A DNA stretch of 64,000 nucleotides from Octopus vulgaris. Lineage: Eukaryota. The translations under genes were made by a program, and so were the position numbers. Below are positions 12,452 through 25,513 of this stretch, piece after piece. How positions within the stretch are numbered: the first letter of the stretch is position 1; each line of letters begins with the position of its first letter. The notes below the pieces were generated by a model that saw nothing but the letters and a program-made list of their open reading frames with translations, did no database searches and had not been told where the DNA came from. Location of the stretch: assembly GCA_951406725.2 (NCBI GenBank), contig OX597838.1, positions 32,364,001 to 32,428,000 on the forward strand, read 5' to 3'.

Positions 12452-12738
12452 CTAGCCAGGCTCATGGGCCCGGTTTCCCGGTTTCTGTGGCATATGTGTT
12501 CCCCTCAGCTGGACAGGATGCCAGTCCATCACAGCATTACTCAAGAAACAGGAAGAAAGATAGAGAGAAAGTTGGGGCAAAAGAGTACAACAGGAGTCGC
12601 CACCACCACCTACCAGAGCCTCACGGAGCTTTAGGTGTTTTTGCTCAATAAACACACAGAACACCCGGTCTGGAAATCGAAACAACGAACCTCCGACTGC
12701 GAGTCTTCTGCCCTAACCACTGGGGCATGGCGCCTCCA
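12452..12738 (-). mobile_element. SINE family D head/core with a different 3' tail
   Basis: Shares head and core with 6443-6829 and diverges beyond gaaacaggaag. Confidence 0.75.
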
Positions 12739-12999
12739 TGATAGAATAAGTACCAGGCTTATTCTCTACATTGAAGGCTCTCAACCATTTTTTTATCTAT
12801 CCACTCCTTTGATTACAATTTGTTCTGGCAGACCCCATAGCTGTTCAATGCTTAAAAACTTGTTTTATAGAAACTTCTTTCAAAATCTCTATTTTGTTTT
12901 TCACTCCTTAACTTGTGTAGAATGAACTACATAAAATGTTTGGGAAAGAAACCTTGGGGTTTCTTGCAATACATATCGATACATAAAAGTCAAAAATCA

Positions 13000-13555
13000 A
13001 AATCAAAATCAAAACCAAATTTCAATGACTGGCATCCATGCTAGTGGCGTGCAAAGAGCACCATACGAGAGTGATCATTGACAGAGCGGCTAATTGGCTT
13101 CTGTGCCAGTGGCACTTAAAAGGCACCATTTAAGCGTGATCGTTACCAGTGTCACCTTACTGGTACTTGAGCCCCATGCTAGTAGGGCATTAAGAGCACC
13201 ATCTGAGTGTGATTGTTGCCAGAGCGGCCATATGGCTTCCATGCCGGTGGCACGTAAAAGACACCGTTCGAGCGTGATCGTTACCAGCATTGCCTATTGG
13301 CACCTGTGTCAGTGGCATGTGTAAAATATTCGAGCGAGGTCATTGCCAGTACCACATGATTGGTCCTGAGCCGGTGGCATGTAAAAAGCACCCACTACGC
13401 TCTTGGAGTGGTTGGTGTTAGGAAAGGCATCCAGCTGTAGAAACTCTGCCAGATCAAGATTGAAGCCTAGTGCAGCCATCTGGTTCGCCAGCCCTCAGTC
13501 ATTCATCCAACCCATGCTAGCATGGAAAGTGAACGTTAAATGATGATGATGATGA
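13000..13555 (+). mobile_element. RTE LINE 3' UTR copy with (GAT)n tail
   Basis: Matches the 3' end of 39623-41902. Confidence 0.8.
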
Positions 13556-13807
13556 CATCTAAAGGAAAATTTTTTCAGGTACCCTTAAAATACTATTACT
13601 GATTTCTAGTTTACTATTATATTGCGTGGACCCCCAAAAATCTCATATGGACCCTGGTTGAGGACCACTACTCTACATTTCTCCTGTATATAAGGAAACC
13701 ACCCTTCCTGGTGCCAGCCAATGACTGGCATTCCCTCAAAGGGATGAGAGAGAGAGAGACAATCTCTCTTGTGTTGGTGCCACAAAATAGGTCCAGTACA
13801 TCCTGTA

Positions 13808-14142
13808 AAGGCGCATGGTTCAGTGGTTAGAGCATCGAGCTTACGATCGTGAGGTTGTGAGCTTGAATCCCGAACTGGGCTGCATGTTGTGTTCTTGAGC
13901 AAGACACTTTATTTCACGTTGCTCCAGTTCACTCAGGTGTAGAAATGGGTTGTGGCGTCACAGGTGCCAAGCTGTATTAGCCTCTTTGCCTTTCCCTTGG
14001 CTAACACTGGTGGCGTGGAGAGGGGAGGCCGGTATGCATGGGCAACTGCTGGTCTTCCATAAACAACTTTGCATGGACTTATGCCTAGGAGGGTAACTTT
14101 CTATGTGCAATCCCATGGTCAGTGTCATGACCGAAGGGGGTC
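13808..14142 (+). mobile_element. tRNA-headed SINE, family C
   Basis: Head aggcgcatggttcagtggttagagc and core ttcttgagcaagacactt. Other copies at 19290-19550, 52114-52446 and 54832-55520. Confidence 0.8.
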
Positions 14143-14393
14143 TCAGACTCAGACATCCTGTAAAAGGATTGGTAAACCGAGCAGAGAATTATAGGGTTTT
14201 GGTGCCCTGAAAAATGCACCAAGTATGCTCTGTAAAGTGAAGTGGACGGTGACAGGAAGTGTATGAAGCCATAGTGACCAAGCCAAAGGACACATGTGAG
14301 CATCAGTCTATGGAAGTAATGGCTCCCAACAGATGACTCGGACGGTTGTGGCGTCACATCAAACCTATGCTAGCTTGAAGAGGAGACAGGAAA

Positions 14394-14445
<52 letters not shown>

Positions 14446-15197
14446 CGACTGCACATACACATGTGTATACGCATGCACACACACACACACAGACATGCGC
14501 GCATGCATTTATACATTAATATAATGTAAACAAAATGGTGTGAGTAAACAAAACTGAATGGATTTGTTTAAAATAACACCACACCCATTTCAATAGTGTG
14601 CTTTGTTTCAAATACAAATCTATTATGTTATTTATTAGGTAACAATACATGAATTCTTATTGTTCAGTAGTCACCAGCTCATCTCACTGGGTGATATTCC
14701 AGTGAATATGTAGGCTATCATCATCATCATCATCATCGTCATCATGATTTAGCCTCTGTCTTCCATGCTGGAATAGATTGGAAGGTTTGGAAGGAACTGG
14801 AGCAACGTGAAATAAAGTGTCTTGCTCAAGAACACAACACACAACAACCATGTGTGTGTGTGTGTGTGTGTGCAATGAGCTTCTTTCAGCTTCTCACTAT
14901 CAAATTCATTCACTAGGCTTTGCTTGGCCCAGAGCTTAAGTAGAAGACACTTTCCCAAGGTTCCACACAATAGGACTGAACCTAGAACCATATTATTTGA
15001 AATAAACTTCCTACCACACGCTGGGGGCATGTGTAAAAGGATTCGAGCGAGGTCGTTGCCACAGCTGGAGGATAATAAGCTGGAGGTAATATTTGTCGGT
15101 TTTGGCATGGTCTCTGTTGTTGGATGCCCTTGCTAATGATGACTATTTTACGGTGTACTGGGTGCTTTTTTACGGGACACCAGCGGGTCCCGTAAAC

Positions 15198-15583
15198 ATA
15201 CAAAGGTTTGTTGAAAAGTTCCTGGCTTTAAGGGTATTTTTTTTACAGGGCTTAGAAAAACTGGAGGATTGCTGCATAAGTGATCCCAGCATAGGTGCTT
15301 TTTTACGAGGTGCTGACAAAAATTCCTGGCTTCAAGGGTATTGCAAAAGGCCTGGTTGGAAGCTCAACCTTCCAAGTTTTTTTTACAGGGCTTAGAAAAA
15401 CTGAAGGATTGCAGCATAAGTGATGCCAGCATGGGTGCTTTTTTACGAGGTGCTGACAAAAATTCCTGGCTTTAAGGGTATTGCAAAAGGCCTGGTTGGA
15501 AGCTCAACCTTCCAAGTTTTTTTAACAGGGCTTAGAAAAACTGAAGGATTGCAGCATAAGTGATGTTGCATGGGTGCTTTTTT
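15198..15583. repeat. Tandem triplication (~139-bp unit) of an internally deleted mariner-like end
   Basis: aaaRttcctggcttYaagggtatt...cagggcttagaaaaactgRaggattgcWgcataagtg occurs three times. Related pieces lie at ~17545-17745 and 55528-55710. Confidence 0.75.
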
Positions 15584-15811
15584 ATGTGGTGCTGATATGG
15601 GTGTTTTTACACAGGTGCTTTTTATGTGGTGGTCACACAGGTAAGATATTCCAGGTATGGAAGCAAAACCTGGAACCAAAGAACCTCATATTTAATTTAG
15701 CAAAGAGTAAAATTTTAGTAAATAGGGAAACAGATATGATCCTGCCACCTACAGAGAAATGGCCTCAAGCAATTTGCAGAGAAGGAGTTGGCGGAAATTC
15801 CATTAGTGGAG

Positions 15812-15956
15812 CCAGAAGTAGCTTGCTTACCAACCACATGGTTCCGGGTTCAGTCCCACTGCGTGGCATCTTGGGCAAGTGTCTTCTACTATAGCTTCGG
15901 GCTGACCAAAGCCTTGTGAGTGGATTTGGTAGACGGAAACTGAAAGAAGCCCGTCG

Positions 15957-15987
<31 letters not shown>

Positions 15988-16200
15988 ATGTGCTTGTGTG
16001 CTTGTGTTTGTCCCCCTAGCATTGCTTGACAACCGATGCTGATGTGTTTATGTCTCCGTCACTTAGCGGTTCGGCAAAATAGACCAATAGAATAAGTACT
16101 GGGCTTACAAAGAATAAGTCCCGGGGTCGAGTTGCTCGACTAAAGGCGGTGCTCCAGCATGGCCGCAGTCAACTGACTGAAACAGGTAAAATAGTAAAAA
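15812..16200 (+). mobile_element. SINE family A inserted in a decayed RTE fragment (15650-16500)
   Basis: Family A sequence. The flanks encode RTE-like FQVWKQNLE...NLAKSKIL. Confidence 0.8.
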
Positions 16201-16501
16201 TAGTAGTAAAAAAAATAGTGTACCCAGGGCAAACTATGGACACACGAGATATGAATTAGAATCGCAGGATGCTTAACAGAAAGCAGACCTTGTATGTGGC
16301 AGATGTGCAGGGGTACTAAAAAGAGGGTACAGGGAATAAATGCTTTGAAATGCCCAGGAGAATCCCTAAAGGTAGTAGATAGCTTCTGTTACCTAGGTGA
16401 CCGTTTTAACAATGGTGGAAACTGTTCAGAAAGTATTATTGCTTGAACAAGAGGAGATTGGAGAAAGTTCATAGATCTCTTGCTTCCGTAGGTGACAGAA
16501 G

Positions 16502-16676
16502 TTCTCTCTCTCTCTCTCTCTCTCACTCTGTCTGTCTCTCTCTGTCTTTCTCTGTTTGTGTGTCTGTCTGTCTCTCTCTTTCTCTCTCTCTCTCTCTGTC
16601 TCTCTCACTGTCTGTCTGTCTCTCTCTCTCTCTCTCACTCCATCTGTCTGTCAGTCTCTCAGTCTGTCTGACTGTC

Positions 16677-16717
<41 letters not shown>

Positions 16718-17216
16718 GTCTGTCTGTCTGTCTGCCTCTCTGTCTCTCTCACTCTTCTGTCTCTCTGTCCCTCTCTGTCTTTCTCTGACTTTCTGACTCT
16801 CTGCCTGTCTGCCTCTCACTCACTCACTCTGTCTGTCTGCCTCTGTCTCTCTCACTCTCTGTCTCTCTGTCCCTCTCTGTCTTTCTCTGTCTGTCTGTCT
16901 CTCACTCACTCTGTATGTCTGACTCTTTCTCTCTCTCTCTGTCTGTCTGACTCTTTCTCTCTCTCTCTCTCTCTGTCTATCTGTCTGTCTGTCTGCCTCT
17001 GTCTCTCACTCTTCTATCTCTCTGTCCCACCCTGTCTTTCTCTGTCTGTTTGACTCTCTGTCTCTCTCTCACTCACTCACTCTGTCTGTCTGACTCTTTC
17101 TCTGTCTGTCTGTCTGTCTCTCTGTCTCTCTGTCTCTCTCTCTCACTCTGCCTGTCTGTCTCTCTCTCTCTCTCACTCTGTCTGTCTGTCTGTCTCTCTC
17201 TCTCCCGCTCTCTCTC
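16502..17216. repeat. (TC)n/(TCTG)n compound microsatellite
   Basis: Direct reading. Confidence 0.95.
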
Positions 17217-18427
17217 AGAGTGACAAATAGACTATGATGCTTGTATAGAGATGATAATGGTACATGTTAGTGAGATATGGGTCCTGAATGCAGAACACCT
17301 GCAATAAAATGAAGCAAACATGTATTTGGATATATGCAATATCAGTGCGCGAGAATGATGGAGTGCAAATGTGTTAGGAACATAAATTGTGACTAAGGTT
17401 TGGTGGAAGATTTTAATTCAAAACTTATGAAAACAAGGCATTTGTACTCAGAGCCAGAGCCGGTTTCAGCCGGGTTGGTAACGAAAGGGTTAAGGTTCTG
17501 AAAGCATAATGTGTATACAACAGGACTGAGGTTCTGAAAGTAAAATGTACAAGGTGGATACTGAAAGGGTCATGGCTTTCGGTAAAAGAAAATACAGGAG
17601 GATCAGTTAATTATGATTTAATTCAACATATTCCCCTCTTAGATTCGTACACTTATTGCAGCAGTCCTTCAGTTGAAGGTTGGGCCTCTAGCCAGGCCTT
17701 TCATGATCCCTTAAAGCCAGGAATTTTTCAACACACCTTTGTATGTTTACACTGTATATGCTCAACTAGGTCCAAATATTCAACCTGTTTTATATTCAAG
17801 CCAACTGGATTCAACCTTTCATATCTCATTTATAGAATGTCATTCAAAAACTAAACAATTACATTATTAAAATTCCAAAGCAATAAGACAATGCATGATT
17901 AATTTAAAACAATATAGGCGCAGGCATGGCTGTGTGGTAAGTAACTTGCTTACCAACTACATGGTTCTGGGTTCAGCTCCACTGCATGGCTACTTGGGCA
18001 AATGTCTTCTACCATAGCCTCAGGCCGACCAAAACCTTATGAGTGGATTTTATAGATGGAAACTGAAAGAAGCCTGTCATCATCATTGTTTAATGTCCGT
18101 TTTCCATGCTAGCATGGGTTGGACGATTTTGACTGAGGGCTGGTGAACCAGATGGTTGCACCAGTCTCCAATTTTGATCTGGCAGTGTTTCTACAGCTGG
18201 ATGTTCTTCTTAATGCCAACCACTCCAAGAGTGTAGTGGGTGCTTTTTACGTGCCACCGGCATGGGGGCCAGTCAGGCGGTACTGGCAATGACCTCGCTC
18301 GAATCCTTTTACACATGCCACCAGCACAGGTGCCAGTAAGGTGACTTTGGTAACGATCACGCTTGAATGGTGCCAGTTGGCTGCTCTGGCAATGATATAT
18401 ATATATACATATACATATATATATATA

Positions 18428-18478
<51 letters not shown>

Positions 18479-19560
18479 GTGTTTGTGTTTGTCCCCCCAC
18501 CATCGCTTGACAACCGATGTTGGTGTGTTTGTGTCCCCATGGCTTGGCAGTTTGGCAAAAGAGACTGATAGAATAAGTACTAGGCTTACCAAGAATAATT
18601 CCTGCGGTTGATTCATTTGACTAAAGGCGGTGCTCCAGCATGGCTGCAGTCAAATGACTGAAACCCCCCAAAAATAAATAAATAAAATGACCGTTATATT
18701 CGACCGAGTAATCTGAACACCAAAGGGCCAGAGTGACCACTTGATATCCTGTTCTGATTCTGAGTTGAAATGGAATTCTTGAAATGGAATGTGAGTCAGG
18801 GTTAGGGTTAGGGTTACACCGTTAGTATTATTAGTAGTACTGGTGCCATGCCATGACAAAAGGGCCCAGTTCACTTTGTAAAGTTGTTGGCATTAGGAAG
18901 GGCATCCAGATGGAGAGACCACGCCATAAGAGACCGGAGTAAAATATAATCTATTGATCCACTAAATCTAGTGAAAACATTCGGCCCAGCCCATGCCAAC
19001 ATGGATAGTGGTTGTAAATACAGTAATGATGATGATGATGATGGGGGGGATGATAACGATGAGGATATATTTGTATGTATCATCACTATGCGTTAGGGAA
19101 ATCAGCTGTTATTAATTCGGGGTTGGTGTGACTGTGTGGTAGGAAGTTTATTTCAAATAATATGGTTCTAGGTTCAGTCCTATCGTGTGGTACCTTGGGC
19201 AAGTGTCTTCTACTTAAGCTCTGGGCCAAGCAAAGCCTAGTGAATGGATTTGATAGTGAGAAGCTGAAACAAGCTCATTGCACACACACATGGTTGTTGG
19301 GTGTTGTGTTCTTGAGCAAGACACTTTATTTCATGTTGCTCCAGTTCACTCAGCTGTAGAAATGAGTTGCGATGTCACAGCTGTATCGGCTTTGCCTTTC
19401 CCTTGGATAACATTGGTGGCTTGGAGAAGGAGGGGCTGGTATGCATGGGCGACTGCTGGTCTTCCATAAACAACCTTGCCTGGACTTGTGCTTTGGAGGG
19501 GAACTTTCTAGGTGCAACCCCATGGTCATTCATGACTGAAGGGGGTCTTTATCTTTTACT

Positions 19561-19599
<39 letters not shown>

Positions 19600-19827
19600 G
19601 AATTCTCTTGTATTGGGCACACAAAAACCGAAAAATTTTAGATTTTTTTTCCTTTTCTTTTCCTTTTCCAGGATGATTTTGATAAAAATTGGGGTATGCG
19701 CGAAATTAATATATATATATATATATAAGAGTAAATAATTATTAATTTTAAAAAACCAACAATTATTTCCGGGTAGATTTCGGTATGTAAATATAACCAT
19801 TATCGGTAGGAACTTTTTTAAAAAAAG

Positions 19828-19861
<34 letters not shown>

Positions 19862-20352
19862 AAAAGGGGCAGGCAATAGGCTAAGCAACCTATATATATA
19901 TATATATACACACACATACAACAGGCTTCTTTCAGTTTCCATCTACTAAATCCACTCACAAGGCTTTGGTTGGCCTGAGGCTATAGAGTAGAAGACACTT
20001 GCCCAAGCTGCCATGCAGTGGGACTGAATCCAGAACCACATGGTTGGTAAGCATGTGCGACTTGTTTAAAGAAGTTACGGCTGTTGTGGGACCATTAACG
20101 CTTTTTGGTACTGCTGATAGCAACAGTTGGCGCCAAGTATGCCATGAGACTGATAAACAGCCGATCTCAATTGGATGGTCATTCACTCTCATGAGATCCT
20201 TTGCTCTTTGACCTGATCCTGTTTTTCATCCTACAAGGTGTCCAGTAATCACCCTTCACACCAAGCAAGCTTGGTGGAGTTGCTGACAATCTGATCATAC
20301 AACAGGTGTTACGAGGTTACATGTTACCTATAGCAATCAAAAGCACCCTGTG

Positions 20353-20399
<47 letters not shown>

Positions 20400-20434
20400 A
20401 TGTGTGTGTATGCATACACACACATACACATATA

Positions 20435-21956
20435 TAGGGTGTGTTGAATAAACTGTTGTCTAAATTACGCAAAAACAAAAATAACACTGACATCTCATTT
20501 TAAAATATATATTTACCAAAATTACATAAAAATATCTTGAAGTGCTAAAGAGTAAATTTATTTAATAAAATTGCCATTGGCTTCAGCCACGGACTCCAGA
20601 TGACTTCGGAATCTCCTGCAACTCTTCAGGACAGTCTCCTTGTTTATGTTGGTGAATGTTGCCATAATCCTTGCCTTCAGTTCATCTTTGGTGTTACAAG
20701 GAGTTTTTTGGTCTCACACTCAGTTGTGCCCCACACATAATAATCAAGGGGTTTGCAGTCTGGGGAGTTAGGTGGCCAGATGCTAGGGGTGATGTGATCA
20801 CAGAAATTGTCCGGCAGCCATGACTGGGTTCTCCTGCTTGTATTGCAAGGTGCAGTATCCTGTTGCCAGACATAGGACCTTCCAGAAGCCATCCACTGCC
20901 TTTAGTTGAGCACATCGACTCCAGGACTTATTCTTTGTAAGCCTAGTACTTATACTATTGGTCTCTTTTGCTGAACCACTAAGTTACGGGGACGTAAACA
21001 CACCAGCATCGGTTGTCAAGCGATGTTGGGGGACAAACACAGACACACAAACACACACACATATACATATATACGATGGGCTTCTTTTAGTTTCCGTCTA
21101 CCAAATCCAATCACAAGGCTTTGGTTGGCCTGAGGCTATAGAAGACACTGGATCACAAGTCATTTCTTCAGGCACTTGATATAGGCCTCCGTGTTGAGTC
21201 TGGGACCATGTGGGAAGATGAATGGAGGCATAACGTCACCATCACTAGTGATCACTCCAAAGACCCCGATGTTGATTGAATGTCTGATTTTTATCACACT
21301 CAGTACATTTTGGGGACACAGCAAGTCCTCCGATTGGCACCCAATCATTTTGAAATGTTCATATAGAAGGTTCTGGCACGAATGCCAAGCAGTAGAGCAT
21401 GTTGTTTCCAAATTTCTGGCAGAGTGAATGGTGTTATGGTGGTGTTTTTCTTACAGACAGTGTCCAACTGACCCTACTATACTGTGCAATCTTTACTCTT
21501 TTACTTGTTTCAGTCATTTGATTGTGGCCATGCTGGAGCACCGCCTTTAGTTGAGCACATCGACTCCAGGGCTTATTCTTTGTAAGCCTAGTACTTATTC
21601 TATTGGTCTCATTTGCCGAACCACTAAGTTACTGGGACGTAAACACACCAGCATCGGTTGTCAAGCAATGTTGGGGGACAAACAGACACACAAACATATA
21701 TACATACACACACACATATATTTATATATATGATGGGCTTCTTTTAGTTTCCGTCTACCAAATCCACTCACAAGGCTTTGGTCGGCCCGAGGTTATAGAA
21801 GACACTTGCCCAAGGTGCCATGCAGTGGGACTGAACCTAGAACCATGCGGTTCATAAGCAAGCTACTTACCACACAACCACTCCTAAAATCAAAAATAAT
21901 GTGCATGCGCGAAATTAAAAAACATAACATGGCGACATTTTACCCATTGCACCCTG
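20435..21956 (-). mobile_element. maT/DD37D Tc1-mariner transposon relic interrupted by two family A SINEs
   Basis: WQQD-(37 aa)-DYYVW with WPPNSPD (ORF 20677-20892) and VFGVITSDGDVMPPFIF (ORF 21160-21411). Ends tagggtg / caccctg are flanked by TA. Confidence 0.8.
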
Positions 21957-22572
21957 TATATTAGGAAGGGCATCCAGCCGTAGAAACACTGCCAGATCAG
22001 ACTGGGCCTGGCGCAGCCTTCTGGCTTCCCAGACCCCAGTTGAACCGTCCAACCCATGCTAGCATGGAAAACGGACGTTAAACGATGATGATGATAAATC
22101 CTTAAAAATGTTTTAGCCCGAAGGCCACGGCCATGCTGGGGCACCATTATATATATATATATATGGAGATGACTAAAGACCAAGATATCTGGCACATTGC
22201 TGTACTCAAGATGGTCCATCTGCCATAGCAGAGTTGACAGTGGTGCTGATGCCACATAAAAAGCATCCAGTACACTTTGTGGAATGGTTGGCATTAGGAA
22301 GGGCATCCAGCTGTTGACACCATACCAAAACAGTCAATAGAGCCTGGTGCAGACCTTGGCCTTGTCAGCTCCTGTCGAGCTGTCCAACCCATGCCAGCAT
22401 GGAAAATAGACGCTAAATTATGATAATGATGACGATGATGTGTGTGTGTTTGTGTGTGTGCCATGACATCGAGTGATAGATATAAAAATGAGTGTCACTG
22501 TGATACAAGCAGTGTTGTTCATTTCTCGATTTTCTGAAGGAATATATCTGGCCATGGGAAAAAATATTCCTT

Positions 22573-23000
22573 GGATCTTTTCGGTTTGAACAGCAGTTTT
22601 TTCTAGCGGTGTCATTTGAAATTGTCACCCATAATTATGACCCTAGTATCGATCTATTGTATTTTAATCTGTTTTAGGGTTAGGGTTAGTTAGGGTTAAG
22701 GGTGGGGGAAGGGTATGTTTTTTTCTTCAGAAATGTAAATATACCCAATCTGTTTCTTAAACGAGGGATATTTTCATACAGCACAGAATATATTTTTTAC
22801 CTCAATGGATGTCATTGATTGGTTGAAATCGCAGAAATTGAAGAAAAACAACAACAAATATCTTACAAACTATAGAATTTTCTTAATAAAGCCAAGAGAA
22901 AAAGATGTTTTATAAACACATTCTACCAGTATACGAAGTTTAAAATTTTTTAGTTACCTAGAAATTATGTTAAAAACTGCCGTTCAAACCGAAAAGATCC
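22573..23000. mobile_element. MITE with 29-bp TIRs and internal TTAGGG repeats (Mutator-like?)
   Basis: TIRs ggatcttttcggtttgaacagcagttttt / aaaaactgccgttcaaaccgaaaagatcc. Degenerate 8-9 bp TSD tattcctt / cattacttt. Confidence 0.8.
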
Positions 23001-23149
23001 CATTACTTTACTTGGGAGCACGGAAACTGACGAGGATTGGCAACAGGAAGGGCACCATCCAGCCATAGAAAATCTGCCTCGAAAGAACTCCGTCCGACCC
23101 ATGCGGGCAACGAAAAGTGGACGTTAAATAATGCTGATGACGACGACAA

Positions 23150-23794
23150 TGGTTTTCATATTATTCCGAATATATAAAACCCCTTAAACATTTGAAGGAC
23201 AAAAAAAAAAAAACTGTTTCGTCTGAATGAAATAACGGTCGTCACATGTTTGTAAGTGCTTGTGTGTGTCTGCGTGCGTATGTGTGCATCCACCACACAC
23301 ACGCACACGCACACGCACATTAAAATTCCGAGCCGTTTTGTATACACATGCGTTCATTAAATGCCAGAAAGAGCAGCAAGCACTAATAACCTAACAACAG
23401 CCAATGCTGGTGTCACAACGACAATGATGTTCCGAACAAAACAAGGAATCTTTACTTGTTGATTCGTCGTAGATGGTTACACTGGAAGCGGAGTCTTTTA
23501 TACTCCGCTTCTAACTCCTTCACTGCTCCTCTCTGCCTCTCTCGCCATCTGTATACACGCACATATACACGCACCGACCTACCTGCCTACCTATATGTAT
23601 ATATATATATATACATACACACGTATATATGTGTGTGTATGCATGTATATATATATATATATTACATACGTACAGTTATGTTTAAAATTCTAAAATATTG
23701 ACGCTCCTTCGTGCAATTATAGTTGGACACATAGATGCGTTGACGAAGGGATGAGAGGAAATCTAGTTTAGACCAGAGTGCGTGTGTGTATATA

Positions 23795-23846
<52 letters not shown>

Positions 23847-25470
23847 AACCGTTTTCATGTCTAACATACCGATGCTAGTTCGGTGCTCTATCAGTGTCTT
23901 TGACACATCTTCGCAGTCCGAAATAACACTCGCAAATATTTAGCAGCCACGAACATTTTTCGTGATAACAGCAACAACAACAACAATAATAATAATAATA
24001 AATAGTAATAATAATAGTAATAGTAGTAGTAGTAATAAATAATACAGTTAATAATAAAACGTGACAGTAAAAACAGCTTACGAAGCTTCGAAGAAGAGAA
24101 GAAAAAAAAGCTAACACTCCAGCATTATTAATAACAAACATTAAAAAACCAAACCAAAAACGGAACGGTTTCTATTGAAATTGCCAGGATATACATAAAA
24201 AAAAACAAACAAACAAAAGAAAGGACAGAGGAATTCTTTAACACAACAGCATTTTTGTTCCAGCGGCCACCTTTCCCATCTATAAATTCTTGCAACCAAC
24301 AGCTATCTTATACACGATACACTCATATATATAATATATACATATAATATACATACATACATATATATATATATATAATATTATATATATAATATTATAT
24401 ATATATATAATATAATATATATATATGATATAATATATATATATAATATAATATATATATATAATATATATATATAATATAATATATATATAATATATAT
24501 ATATATAATATATATATAATATAATATATATATATATATAATATAATATATATATATATATATAATATATAATATAATACTATATATATGATATATAATA
24601 TATATATAATATAATATTATATATATGATATATAATATTATATAATATAATACTATATATATATATATATATATATATGAAAGGATATATCATAATTTCT
24701 TTTAAGCGAATTGAGGAAAGCCTTTCGTCATTATATTTTTGAAATATATGATGTTATTTCCTTTGCTTCTTTCTCAAAGACATCTTTTACCATAATATCT
24801 TTCGTTTATTTTTGCTTCCATCATTACGTCCACTGCCTTCGCAGAATCTTTCTAGACTCATTTTTTTTTCTTCGTCGGTTCTGTGTCAAGGTTTACAGCG
24901 AGATTTTTTTTCTCTCCAAAACCTACATTCTTGCAGGAATCTTGTGTATATTTGGACATATTATATGAAATGGTTCTAGGTACGGGTGCCCCGTCTTCCT
25001 TCCAAAGCCTCACCCTGCGTCCACCCCAGCTAATTCAGCGCCACTGATTCTATTTTCTATGACAAATTTTAAATCTACAAATATTCAATATTTTTTCTAT
25101 TTGCATTGGATCCAAAAAATAAGAATTAAAAAATTGGTTAACAGTGAAAAAAATAAAGAAATGATAATACGTAATATTTTAGAATAATATTTAATTATAT
25201 AATTACAGTTATAATAAATGTAATTATTTTTTCGTTGTTGAGAAATCAAGTTTAATTTAATTCGGTATAGATTTTATAATATATATGTATTAAAAAAAAT
25301 TAATTGAAATGTCCTGCTAGTTAAAATTCACAGCAGAAATCTTCGCTAAAGAATCGGTCATTATGGAAAGTTCGAGATGGCATAATTCTACCTCTTAGAT
25401 TTTTCTGTCCATTCTTATTCCTGATAGTAATTGGGCGGGTAAATTTATATAATTCTGTGCTAGAATCTAG

Positions 25471-25513
<43 letters not shown>

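Noticed and set aside
14333-14524. Poly-Asp ORF
   Set aside because: It is the (GAT)n tail of an RTE-type repeat.
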